Below are positions 13,401 through 25,895 of a stretch of 64,000 bases of DNA, one piece after another. Source of the stretch: Azolla caroliniana (lineage: Eukaryota; Plantae; Polypodiophyta). A program made the position numbers and the translations under genes. Numbering within the stretch: position 1 is the stretch's first letter; every line of letters begins with the position of its first letter. The notes under the pieces are model-generated. The model was not told the DNA's origin, searched no databases, and was given only the letters and a program-made list of their open reading frames with translations. The stretch is from contig JBHGNT010000022.1 of the NCBI GenBank assembly GCA_043228905.1, positions 8,556,001 to 8,620,000 of the forward strand, given 5' to 3'.

Positions 13401-16320
13401 AGAATTGCTTTCCAAGTTCATTGTACAAAAAAAAAAAAAAATCTATGTGTTGAGGAAAGGAATCTTTAAGGAATCTTTAAGGAGAAAATCCCAAACATGG
13501 TGTCAAACGAAATACAGAGAATAAATAGAAGCAATTCTCATAACCACAAAGATGTTGGGTTGGAATTGGATGAGGATAATGCTTTGATTGCCACTGATGA
13601 TGAGGATGAGACGTCAGAATGCTCTTCTAGTCCATCAGACATGTCTTAACATATTGGTTTGGTTCAAGCTGGGGATTGTTTTACTACATGATCGGAAACT
13701 TTGTAAATTTGTTTTGGATGTAAACTCACGAATATGTATAATTGTAACTGGTAGACATGTTGTACATTATTTTGTAATTTTGGTGATGTATTTTTGGAGG
13801 TATTTTACTTATGCCTCAAAGTGGTAGTCATGTTGAAATTCAATATATTTTGCCACCTTTTCTGAAAAGCTTTATGCATGCGTCGTGTCTTTTTGAAAAC
13901 TGTGTGCTTTTGTGCCCTTTTTCGACGTAGTGTTCTCATAATGCGACATATTACCTGTTTCAAATGACCCGGTGTTTCTTGTCTAGTTTCGGTTTCACCT
14001 ATTCCTTCTTCTTCGACCGATTTTGTCTCCTCACCGTCACCGGCCAGTTCATCGACTGCTAACCGGCTTCTTGCCGGTTGGAACGGCATTTTATCAAATC
14101 GAAATTTTTCCTTACCGGTCGACTCGGAGTTCATTATCTTCTTCTCCGACTCCTAGTCGGCGAGCGTCTTTTCCTCCATGAAGATAATATCTCGACTCCG
14201 GAATACTTTCTGGTCGACCGGGTCCCACATTTGGTAGCCGAACTCATCCTCGCCGTAACCGAGGAATATGCATAGCCGGGTCTTCGGATCTAACTTTCCT
14301 CTCCGGTCCTTAGCTACATGCACATACGCAAGACACCTGAATACCTTCAGATGCCGGTAGGACACTTCCTTACTGGTCCAGACTCTCTACGGCGTGTCTC
14401 CTTCCAAGGGTACTGAGGGTGATCTGTTTATCACATATGTCGCCGTCGATAGTGCCTCAGCCCAAAACTTCTTGGGTAATTTTGCATGCGCCAGCATACT
14501 CCGGACCCTCTTCATTATGGTCCGGTTCATCCTCTCGACCAGCCTGTTTAGTTCCGGCGTCTTCGGCATAGTAAATTCGAGCCGGATTTCCTTCGCGCGA
14601 CAGTACTCCTCGAACTGCCCCTGGTATTCTCCTCCGTTATCTGCTCAAACCGCCATCAGCTTCCAGCCGGTTTCTCTTTCCACTCTAGCGTGGAGCTCTT
14701 TGAAGACGGATAGCACCTGATCCTTCGTCTTCAACGGTGTGGCCCACAACTTCCGGCTGTGGTCATCTATGAACGTCACAAAGTATTGCGATCCGGCATG
14801 TGACTTCGTGTCCACTTGACACACATCAGTATGCACCAACTCTAGTGGGGCATTATGTCTCATCGGTGGCCTCGATCGAAAGGAGGTCCAGTTTTGTTTA
14901 CCGGCCAGACAATGAGTGCACTTCTCCAAGTGCACGTTCTTCACTGGAATGAGGTTGTCGTCTGCAAGCCTCTTCATCCCCTTCTCGCTCATGTGACACA
15001 GCCTCTTGTACCACATCTCACCGGTTGTGTCAGATGCCACATTCACTTCCTCCAGACATAATCGGCCATTTATCAGGTACAAAGTGTTGACTTTCCGGGT
15101 CCAAGCCACAATCAGGCTCCCTTTGTTGAACTTCATAACACCGTTCCGGATGCTACCCGTGTAGCCTTCATCATCTAGCCGACCGGCTGATATTAGGTTC
15201 AATCGAACCTCCAGAACATGTCGAACATCCTTCAACAACATCTTGCATCCGGTTGATGTCGCAACCACACATCTCCTATGCCGACAATTCGGCATGTACC
15301 TTCATTCCTCATCCGAACACGGCCGTGGTCACCGGCTGAGTAGGATGAGAAGCATTTTCTATCCGGGGTCAGGTGGAACGACACTCTGGAATCGACCACC
15401 CAGGTCATCTCGTCACCGGCAAGGTTCAGCTCACTCTCCTTAGTGATAAGCATTAGCTCCTCTTTGTTTGCCGCGATTTCCGTCGTTCCTTTCTGGTCCT
15501 ACCCTCGCCGATCCGAACTGTTTCGGTCCGATGACATCTTCGAATCGGTACTATCGATTTCCTTGTCTTTCCGGAAATGCCGACAGTTCTTCTAGAAGTG
15601 CCCCGACTTCCCGTAGTAGAAGAAAGTAGGCCTCCCTCTTGACTTTGACCGTGTCCCCGATTTTTTCCGGTTCTGGGGACTCCAATTCCTTGGTCATCCA
15701 CGTTCCGATTCGGAAAGGAGCACTTTTGAGTCGGGGATCGTTTCCTTGTCCTTCCGACGCGCCTCCTCGTTCAGGATGCTTGTCTTCACCGTCTGCAAAG
15801 ACAAGTTCTCTTCTTGGCAGGAGGTGCTGAGAGTGACCACCAAGTTCTCCTAGCTTTCTGGCAACGTACACATAAGCATGATTGCATGCATTGCATCATC
15901 CAAGGGGAACTTGATCGCTGGAAGTTGATTTACATACCCAATGAATGTGCTTATGTGTTCAACCATGCTCTCGCCGTCTCAGTATTTCAGGTTTACTATT
16001 TTCCTTATCAATGTGGTTCTATTGAGCGCATTCTTCCTCTCATAAAGACCCGACAGCTTCTGCCACATCTCGTGGGCATTCGTGTCGTTCGCCACATGTT
16101 GAAGGAAACTTACGTCGACACACTGTCGGATAGTGGCCACGGCTTTCCTATTCAGAAGCTTCCAATCTGACTCCAATACCCCCTTTGGTATTTCCAATTT
16201 GTCGATTGGCTCATACAGGTCCTTTACAATGAGAAGGTCTTCCATCTTAATCTTCCAGTCTGCATAGTTTTGTGAATTTAGAACCATCATACCTGGGAAG
16301 CCGCTCCCGCCTCCTTCCAT
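10496..16320 (-). pseudogene. gag-pol pseudogene of element L
   Basis: MEGGGSG..NYADWKIKMEDLL gag, WVVDSRVSFH, IN, YVDD RT and SSTEAEYMAA RNase H fragments broken by stops/frameshifts and by a DNA transposon. Confidence 0.92.
12207..13976. mobile_element. Non-autonomous TIR DNA transposon (1770 bp) with 4-bp TSD
   Basis: Perfect 33-bp TIR AACACCGGGTCATTTGAAACAGGTAATATGTCG at both ends; TCTT on both sides; removal restores the IN-RT linker of L. Confidence 0.9.
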
Positions 16321-16349
16321 TTTCTGTGTTGCTCGCTTTGATACCAGTT

Positions 16350-16696
16350 TGAAGTTAAAATCGTTTCCGGCCACAACCGGTTGTACGTGTGCGGAATAAT
16401 AGTCAATCTCGAGATCCTGCTTCGCCAACAAGCGGCTATGGAGCTCACACGCTTCCACTCACACTCGTTTTACTCTCACAGTTACAGAGGCAACAACCTC
16501 GTCAACAGTAACTTTACAATAACACTCTAATCTAACATGATTGCCCTAAGTACTTATATACTAATGTAACCTTTCGACTATTTACAAACATAGCCTTCCA
16601 TGTTGGCTATCTCCACGATTTCTGGTTTCGGCCTCGGCCGTTGCTCATCAACACGGTTCTTCTCACTTCCCATCCGGAGGGACCTGTTTCCTAACA
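16350..16696 (-). repeat. 5' LTR of element L
   Basis: Direct repeat of 10139-10485; adjacent GCTTTGATACCA PBS. Confidence 0.95.
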
Positions 16697-18123
16697 TTCT
16701 GTTGGTTCTCAGTCACAACCGCCTAAGTCTCAGGAACGACTGTGGAGGACCCATAGTTTAGTCAACCGCCTCTTGCGTTTTTCCCCCGCCACCGTCGACC
16801 CCCTTCCTTGCGCTCCCCCACCATCTCCCTTCGCTTTCGGTCTCATGTTGCCACGCTGGCCGAACTGCCGAAGACTCCGGTCCAGATGTGGGGATACCAA
16901 TCTAGTAACAACTACCGACGATTTGTCCTAGGCCACCGACCCTTTTAGTGGTGTCGGTGGAAAGCATTCGCTCTATGATCGATCAAGCCCCTCTTGGGCT
17001 TGATTCTCCAATGTCCCGTGTATAAGCTCTGATGCCAATCCCATGGGACTCGTTCTGTACTCTTGATCATCTTCTTCCTAATTCCTGACCTTCTCCTGGT
17101 CGGTCTTTCTCCCCATGTAAAAGAGGGTAGCTCGTCCCGCACCCTCTCCCGTATCGGCACCTTCATACAGAACCTTGCCCCTGTTGAACGATCCACATCC
17201 GGATTGTGCTCCACCCGAATGGGAATGCCGACCAATTCGATCCCCGGTTGGGTCGACTTCTGATTCCGCTCCCTTCGGTGCCGGCTCTCTTTTCCCCTTT
17301 CTTCTCTGCCACGGCTCTGTCCTCGACCTCCTTGCAGTCCGTTTCCCATCCATCTTCATTGGCATCGTGCCAGGACTCCTCGTTGGCGCCTTCCATCTCT
17401 CAGGTCTTATGTTGGCACACGAGCTCGACTGCCAAAGTCTCCCGGAATCCGAGTGGAGGGCTCTTCTCCACTCCCGACCTCCTCCTTGGCCGGTATTTGT
17501 CCGCAAGTCGAGAGGGCGTCTTACTCCACACCCTCTCTCACTCCACCACATGCTGATCTGCCTCGTCTGCCATGACCACGGGGCCGATCCACCTCCGTGT
17601 ACAACATCCTGTTGTCGGTGCATGTGCTTGTTGACGCACCCGTGTGGTTCTCCTCTTCAAAGAGCATCGATTGTAAGTCAAAAAACGAGGGTGTATTCTC
17701 CCTTGTACAGACAGCCATCTGGAATGCTCGAAAATTTAACGCTAGGCCCCCGAGACAAACCTACACCATCTCATCTTCCTCGACGGTCACGTTGATAGAG
17801 GCAAGTGAGTCGCAGATGTCTTTGATCCGGCCATATGATTGGCCATTGACATGTCCTTCTGTCGAACATTGCTCAACTCTTGTCGGAGTTGCAGCTTCCA
17901 GGTCGTGGTGCTTGTTGTGAAGACCTTCTTCAGGTTTCCCCAAGCTTTCTTCGGCGTCTTGGCGTCCTAGATATGGCTCAACAGTTGATCGCTGACAATG
18001 GACGCAAAGCACTACATAACTTTGCTTGCCGCTTGTTCCCAAGTCGGTAGGTCCTTGTGTGCTGCATCAAGTGCCATATCGTTAGCTCCGTCGACATAAG
18101 TCTAGTAACCGTGCCCAAGTAGG

Positions 18124-18567
18124 TGTCAGGAACAGTACTAAAGCAGAGATGGAATTAGTACTAAGAAGAGCAGTACTATTAGTACTAAGAGGACGGGACT
18201 GCATAAGATTCCCGAGAGAGGAAGTGAGAAGAGGAGAGAGAGAGATAGCGAGGATGAGAGAGAAAGAAAGATGATGAGAGCAGCTAATATATTATGTGAA
18301 AAGATAAGTACAAGCGGCTAAGAGGCTTAAGACTGGCGTTGAACCAATTTGGTTCAACATAATGCCTAGTGCCCTCTTTTATAGTGTTTTCAGGAATAAT
18401 CCTCAAGCTTCTAGAATGTTCTAGAGAAATCTGGAATATACATTAATTTCCTATAATAAAATGTAAATGAAAATAATATCTTACGTATTACAATAGATGA
18501 TCTAATGGTCAAGAGCTCGACCCATATAACCTAAGGTCATGGGTTCGAGTCTTGCCATATCATGACA
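18124..18567 (-). repeat. 3' LTR of element C
   Basis: TGTCAGG...CATGACA; 18339-18567 nearly identical to 22179-22407. Confidence 0.93.
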
Positions 18568-18578
18568 CTATCTCCCCC

Positions 18579-21500
18579 TTAAAGACGACGAGTGGAACGA
18601 GTCGGCGCTGATTGCGGACCGGGTTTGTCCGGATACCTTTCGGTGGAAATCAGCAAGCAGATCCTGAGCATTGGCAACATGCTCGACGGGTTCCCAAGTG
18701 CGTTCGCTCGCACTATAACCAAGCCAATCGACCAAATAATAAAGTTTGTTGCGAATAAGTTTGGAATCGAGGATGGCAGAATCTTCATACTCCGGGCCGG
18801 CGTCCAACTCCATCGGGGGCGGCGGTGGTGTAACACGATCGGGAATGGTGTTTGCTTTATAAGGTTCAAGAAGAGAACAATGGAAAACCGGATGTATTTG
18901 AAGTTGCGGAGGGAGATCAAGGCAGAATGTGACATCATTAACCTTACCCGTAATACGGAAAGGACCGAGTCATCGATAATCCAACTTGTCGCACGGTCGA
19001 GTAGTCTTGATGTGACGACGTAAGAGCCATACTCGATCTCCGATGGCTAAAGAGGAGGGAAGCCGATGACGATCCGCGTAAGTCTTCTGTGTTTGTTGAG
19101 CATGACGAAGATGAGTCGAGAGATCTGTCTGGATCTTGCGTAGTCTCCCCAAATGATCCCCAACACGAGGATTGGTAGGTAGCTCCAGGGTGTCGATCAC
19201 CGACCAACGAGGATGAGAACCGGTATAAGCGTAGAATGGGGAGACTCGAGTCAAGGAGTGAACAACATTATTATACGCAAACTCCGCAAAGTGGAGAATC
19301 TCGGCCCAATCGTCCTGTTGATAACTCAGGAAACACCAGAGATATTGCTCCAGCGTTTGGTTTGTTCGTTCCGCCTGCCCATCGGTCTGAGGATGGTAGC
19401 CGAAGGAGAGGTTGCAAGAGACCTTGAGCATCTTGAAGAGATGCTACCAAAATTTGGAGACAAATTGTGGTCCTCGGTCACTAATGATACTGTCTAGGAG
19501 GCCATGATGCCGAAATACCTCACCCATGACTAGGGCAGCGGTTTCCTCGCTAGTGATGGCCTTAGTACACGGAACAAAATGTGCCATCTTCGTATATCAA
19601 TCGACGACGGTTAAGATAGCATCGAACCCCTGCGAGACGGGCAGATCTGTGATAAAATCAAGACAAATAGACTGCCATGGCTTACTTGGAATCGGTAAGG
19701 GTTCCAACAAGCCATATGGATGGTGTCGTGGCATCTTTGCTCGGTAGCAAGCATCACAGGTCCGAACGTAGTCATCGACAAAACAACGCATGTGGGGCCA
19801 CCAAAAAGATCGTTGCACTAGCTCCAACGTCTTAGTACTACCGAAATGTCCCACCGTATGGGTGTCGTGACAATGCTGGACGATTTGAAGGCGACAGGAG
19901 CAATCGGGGACATATACGCGCTTTTTAAAGAATAGCAAACCATCATAATATTTGAATTGTCGGTAGTCAATACCTGGTTGTTGAGACAAAGAACAGGATG
20001 CCCGAGAAGTATCAATGTGCGCCAGGATGTCTTGAGCAAAACTATCCGTCTTCAAGTTTGCACGTATGTCATCGGTAATCTGTGAATCCATCGGGGTGTG
20101 AAAAATCCGCGTCGTGTGCAATCGTGTTGGTCCCAAGATTACTTGCTTTTGATTATCAAATGTTGGATCACCAGGACGAGGTGCAAGATATGAACGTCGT
20201 GATAGTGCATTTACTTTTCCTTGCTGCTTCCCCAGTCGATATGTGATTTTGAAGTCGAAACGCGTGAGGAATTGCGCCCACCGAGCTTGCCGTCGATTTA
20301 GTACGCAAGCATTCTGGAAATAAGCAAGATTTTTATGATCACTAAAGACAATGACCTGATGTGGAGAGCCCTCTAAGAAATGCTGCCATTGCACAAATGA
20401 ATCCATGATGGCTAATAACTCCTTGTCATGTATTTCGTAGTTGATTTCCGCGACATCGAATTTGCGTGAATGGAAAGCCATCGGATGCAACTCTTCTTTA
20501 TCTCCTTGTTGAGAAAGGATGCTACCGAGGGCGAAAGCTGAAGCGTCGGCCTCCATGATGAATGATTTGCTGGTATCCACATGAGCTAGAATCGGTGCTG
20601 ATGTAAAGGCTTTCTTAAGATGCCGAAAAGCCATATCTGCTTCAATGGACCAAAGAAATGCTTGGCCCTTCTTCGTAAGTTGTGTGAGGGGTAAAATAAT
20701 CTTCGAGTAATCCTGTATAAACTTACGGTAGAAGTTAGCAAAACCTAGAAAACGTTGTACATCTCGTACCGACCGTGGAATTTGCCACTCTAGTACAATT
20801 TGGACTTTAGCTGGATCCATGGCGATGCCCTTTGAGGAGATGACGTAGCCTAGAAATTCCACTTGCATGCAGTCAAAGCTACATTTTTCTAGCTTGGCAT
20901 AAAGACCATTCTCGCGGAGTCGCTTTAGTACTAATAGTACATGAGAATCGTGCTCTTGCTGGGTCTTTGAATAAATCAATAGATCATCCAGATAGATGAT
21001 CAAACAGATATCCAAGAGGTCTCTGAATATATCATTTGCCATGTGTTGGAAGACTGCGGGTGCATTGGTTAGGCCAAACGGCATAACAGTATACTCGAAA
21101 TGCCCATACCGTGTGCGAAAGGTGGTTTTCCATTCATCTCCTAGTCGGATCCGCACGAGGTTATACGCTCCTCGTAGATCGATTTTGGTAAAAAACTTGG
21201 CACCATTAACTCGCTCTAAAAGACTTGATATAAGAGGAAGTGCATACCTATTCCGGATGGTGACCTTATTCAATCCGCGGTAATCAACGACGAGACGAAG
21301 TGAGCCATCTTTCTTCTTGACAAAGAAGATGGGTGCACCGGCCGGAGATTTCGAATGACGGATGAACCCGCTTGCCAAGTTCTCCTCTATGTAGGCTCGA
21401 AGGACTTCTAACTCGGTGGGTGACAAGTTGTAAATTGGTCCCCATGGTGGCTCGGTTCTTGGTTGTAAATCGATGGGACAGTCATAGGGACGGTGATGAG

Positions 21501-22150
21501 GAAGGGTACTGGCTTTTACCTTGTCAAATACATCGACATAAGGATGATATTTTGCCGGAAGTTGTATTGAGGAGTCCTTCTTAATAGTGCTGGAAGGATG
21601 TACTGATATTGCAAATAGGAACATTTCCTCCTTGTGTCCTTCTTCGTGTAATTGATGGAGTGAAATGGTCGAAACTCGGTGAGTAGATTCTTGGGGTGGT
21701 CGATATCGGACTTCTCTTGTTCTCCAATCTATGGCTGGATTATGTAATTCAAACCAAGGTAATCCTAGGACAATGGGATGCTCTGGACTACTAATTATAT
21801 TAAATGATATTACACACAAAACTACCTAGGACAACTTGAATGGGTTCTGATTCTTCTACAATATTCCCGGAAGCAATGGGACGACAATTAATGACTACTA
21901 CAGATGCGGGACAAGGAAGTTTTCTTAGGGATATCTAAGAAGCTTGGGCAAAATTTCGATCCATAAAACAAGAATTAGCTCTGGAATCTAAGAGTGCTAG
22001 GACGGGTACTGGGGGAGTACTTTTAGTACTAACAATGACTTGGGCCAGGAACACATTGCTAACTTGCTTGGAAGGAATGGAACCACTAATGGGCTGTACA
22101 GATCTAGGGCTGCTGTCCAACCAAACGGCTCCTATTTTGGCTGGACTCAA
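18579..22150 (-). pseudogene. gypsy pol of element C (protease, RT, RNase H, integrase, chromodomain)
   Basis: ALLDSRANSCF; 740-aa ORF 19597-21819 with [44 protein letters not shown]; YHPQTDGQAER; chromodomain YYLVDWLGYSASERTWEP (18568-18813). Confidence 0.95.
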
Positions 22151-22594
22151 TCGTTTGACTCTTCATCTAATTGACAGTTTGAACCAATTTGGTTTAACAT
22201 AATGCCTAGTGCCCTCTTTTATAGTGTTTTCAGGAGTAATCCTGAAGCTTCTAGAATGTTCCAGAGAAATTTGGAATATACATTAATTTTCTATAATAAA
22301 ATGTAAATGAAAATAATATCTTATGTATTACAATAGATGATCTAATGGTCAAGAGCTCGACCCATATAACCTAAGGTCATGGGTTCGAGTCTTGCCATAT
22401 CATGACAGTAGGTACTAGTGCATCTTGTATGACCAAGATGAATAGTTGGATTTGTCAAGCTTCTCTAGCGGGAGCGAGCTAGCCATTCCTCGGTCCATAT
22501 TTTTCTTTTGTCTATTCTTTACCAGGAGTTAGGGTTTGTCTTTAGAAAACGCTTGTCGATTGTAGAGGTTCTCAACCCTCGCGCTCTGATACTA

Positions 22595-23210
22595 TGTAAA
22601 AGAATACATGTGCGAAAGTTTTGACAAAACCGGTTCCACCGTATAGCAATAGAGAATAAACACCGGTTTAATGGAAGCTTAGAATACACAATACACGTGA
22701 GAGACAAAGAGAGCAGAATAGCATAAACTCATTTCAAAATAATAACACTCCGTACATACAATGGGCTCAGTGAGCACTTCAGATATACAAGTCCATGAAA
22801 GGACTGATAAAAGTACTAACAAGTACTTCAATGCTCAAACAAGTGACTGACACTAACTCCCAAAAATATGTCTACTTACTAGGCTCGTAGGCCCCTAACC
22901 ACCTACCAGTTACAATCTGATCCGTCTCTCCGATTCGGCTTCTAGTTCCAGATACCGATCCAGACATAGAACAAGTCCATGAAAGGACTGATAAAAGTAC
23001 TAACAAGTACTTCAATGCTCAAACAAGTGACTGACACTAACTCCCAAAAATATGTCTACTTACTAGGCTCGTAGGCCCCTAACCACCTACCAGTTACAAT
23101 CTGATCCGTCTCTCCGATTCGGCTTCTAGTTCCAGATACCGATCCAGACATAGATCGGGTTCTTCGTTCCATACTCCGATTCGGATCCGGTTGAGCTTGT
23201 CCACTCAACA
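22595..23210 (-). repeat. 5' LTR of element M with internal 184-bp tandem duplication
   Basis: TGTAAAAG...CTCAACA; 22787-22969 repeated at 22971-23153. Confidence 0.85.
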
Positions 23211-23744
23211 CCAATGGTACATAACTTTGATAACATTCTGATTCAATGTTGACCTAGATGCGATTAACAATTGGTAATGGTTCAGTTCAATTTGAGAGTG
23301 TCAAAACCAAACCAGTTTGAAACCAAATCGTTTAAATTTTTTGAAACTTGAACTAAACCGAACCGAATCATGAAACCATTAAACCAAAACGTTAAAAAAA
23401 TTTGAAACCATTAAAACCATGGTTTCGTTGTTTGATTTCGGTTTTTTTATTTAGGTCAAAATTCAAATTTTAAATTTTAATATTTTAATTAGGTTAAATT
23501 TTAAATTTTCAAAATTTTAAAGCTTTTCCTAAAATGTGAGAATAAGGCCTCAAAATGAAAAGATTGTTTAAAACAATTTTTAAACTTTAAAAATTTAAAA
23601 AAGAAGAAGAAGATAAAAACTGTTGAACCATTTAAACAACAGTTTCTAACTTGTGTGGAGCTACCGACAACCTTCACATGTGAAAGGCCTGATATTGTTG
23701 CCACAACACGATATCAGACTTAACATTAAATCCCCTTCCCTAGA

Positions 23745-25895
23745 TCAACATGCACGAACGATGAGGCGAGTCAGATATGGAAGAATGCATACAAGTAATT
23801 CCTGCGAGACTGGGTAATCTAACAGCACCCGAAGAAGCTGAACGATACACCACTCTAGGTGGTGACAGGAAAAGAGGACCAGACGGTGTTGATGGCTAAA
23901 TTTCACGAAAGACCCTAGTCCAGACACCGTGGAACGTGGGCTACATTCGGGAAGCGCAAGGAGAGGGGATTTGTGGTCGAGAATGTACAGTGATGTGCAC
24001 CACTTCGTGAAGACATGTGATAGTTGTTAGGTACATTCTGGAATCTGCCACCGCGAAGAGTTTTACCCGACCCACCCACAAACCATTCACTTCAAGTGGA
24101 TGGTCAACTTAGTGACGATGCTGATGTGGGTACAACAGATGAGGTACTTGGTGCTAGCAAGGGAGGATCTGGCGAACTAGGTGGAAGGACAGGCCTTAGC
24201 AAACTAAACAACAACAATTGTATGCTGATTCCTAATGGAGCACATAATTTGCGAATACGGGTGCATAGAGAAGATAGTGGCTAGAGGTCAACTTGTCCCT
24301 CACAACAACATACAATCCGGAGGAAAATGGGAAGGTCGAATGTGAACACAGTCCAATCGTGAAAGCAATAGTGCGAGCATGCAACGAACGAGTCCGGAAC
24401 TAGCCACGGCTCCTGCCTTATGAATTATGGGCCAACCAGACTATGCACAACTCAGTGATCGGATACATGCCGACCGAGCTCATGTTCGGGCAAAAATTGA
24501 TCATGTCGGTAGGAAGGACAATCACCTCATCGATGGTGATCGACTGGGCAGACAAGATGAGTCGAGAAGACTTGTTGACCGCATGGATTCGGCAACTCGA
24601 GAGGCAAACGGAGGACGTGGAGTGAGTGAGGGCGATATTTCAGGAGGCGCAGATGAGAAAGAAGGGACGGTTCAACCGATTGCACCGACTACAACGAAGG
24701 AAGATAGAAGAAGGCATCTAGGTGCTTGTCTACAACAATAGCCTTGAAAACCAACACCAGTCGGCATAGATTTTCGCGAGATGACGGTTCGCACCATATG
24801 TGGTAAAAAGCGACAACAACCACGGCATGTGTAACCTTTTGAAGATAGTAGTATCGGTTGCGGGGAGTGGATAAAGGCCTTCAAGAAGCGACAGGAGGTG
24901 GAACCGGATTCAGAGGTGGAGGACGAGAACGCCAACGAGGACGAGGACAAGGATGAAGATCTAATTGGCATAAGACCGGAGGAGAACCGAATTGATGACA
25001 GTTCAGAGGAGGACGATGAAAGTTTGACCCAGAATCCTCCACGACTGCACTAATTGGCACATACCAGAGGACTTGTGGTTTGGTGAGGGTGGATGTCATG
25101 GAGGATTCCGGCCAAAGGAGGGAAAGCTCACCAACCGCGTGTGAACTGTGTAAATAACTAGAGTATTAATAAGTACAAGACATCGTAATTTAATAGGTAC
25201 TTTATTATCCTAGAAAAAGAGGGGAATAATAGGGTGAGATGGAAGGAAATCATGGGAAAATCGTTGACAGAAACTGTTGTCATAACTATTGATGTAACCA
25301 ACCCTCCTTGGGCTATAAAAGGAGGGAAGGAAGACTGTTACGGGGATCCATAATTTTGGAGGGCAAGATGCTTCCGGTTTTGCACTCTTGAGTGTTTTGG
25401 GTTTTCTGCTCTATGTATTCGATGAGCTAGAGTGAGGCCTCTGTTTTCGTAGGAAGCCCGAGAGCTCCCGATCAGAGGCTCACTATGTGTGTGGGTGTAA
25501 GTGTGGAGCTCGAAGCTCTGCTCCCGACCTGAGACCGCTTGTACTTTTTCTATCTTTCATTATTTGTTGAATATTTGGTATCCGGGTATTTTCTCTCTAT
25601 GCTTCCTATTTGGGTCTCTCTGTGTCGGATCAACATCTGAATCTCTGTTTGTGCATACGAGGAGGTGTCGCTCCTCCCCTCCCCTCTTTTGCATTTATCC
25701 ATTGCGATTCTTAGCCTATGTGCTCATCTTCCAGAATCCGGGATCTCGACCGGATCTGATATGGGTTCTAAGAGCCTGTGCGCTCAACAAAGCACTCCGG
25801 CAACCAAGCTGAACAAGACACTGCAAGCTAAGCCATCACTCATTCTTAGGTTACTTGGTCCGAGATCCCGGTGGTTCTGCCCAAACTGACCTACA
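23745..25895 (+). mobile_element. Degenerate non-chromovirus gypsy remnant (integrase plus probable 3' LTR ~25140-25895)
   Basis: Broken frame TTYNPEENGKVE..HSPIVKAIVRAC..LLPYELWANQTMHNSVIGYMPTELMFGQ resembles a gypsy integrase core; purine run ~25111-25128; CTATAAAAGG ~25313; ends ...CCTACA. Confidence 0.55.

Larger units (their letters stand above)
10139..16696 (-). mobile_element. Full-length Tnt1/Tork-like copia element L (degenerate)
   Basis: 347-bp LTRs 10139-10485 and 16350-16696, TSD TTCCG/TTCTG, PBS 16335-16346, PPT ~10486-10500. Confidence 0.95.
7919..17548. mobile_element. Unclassified insertion K (LTR-like left end plus repetitive GC-rich interior), interrupted by element L
   Basis: Begins with TG at 7919 exactly where J RT breaks; (TA)n ~8196-8228; AAACCCTA motifs 8366-8535; a ~65-bp motif recurs at ~8890, 9303, 9563, 9684, 9985 and 16837 on both sides of L. 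No recognisable protein domain. Confidence 0.5.
18124..22407 (-). mobile_element. Ty3/gypsy chromovirus C, gag and left half of 5' LTR deleted
   Basis: TSD GTAGG (18119-18123, 22408-22412); LTR 18124-18567 and partial LTR 22179-22407; PPT ~18570-18583; PR-RT-RH-IN-chromodomain order. Confidence 0.95.
17550..23210 (-). mobile_element. Truncated copia element M (same family as I): 5' LTR, PBS and gag only; interrupted by gypsy C
   Basis: LTR 22595-23210 similar to 5012-5419; PBS 22583-22594; gag remnants IKDICDSLASINVTVEEDEMV and DLQSMLFEEENH match element I gag. Confidence 0.85.

Noticed and set aside
18494-18562. Functional tRNA gene
   Set aside because: No convincing acceptor or anticodon stem; only A/B-box-like motifs.
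23211-23740. Helitron/MITE call for AAACC-rich AT-rich tract
   Set aside because: No termini or TSD could be identified.
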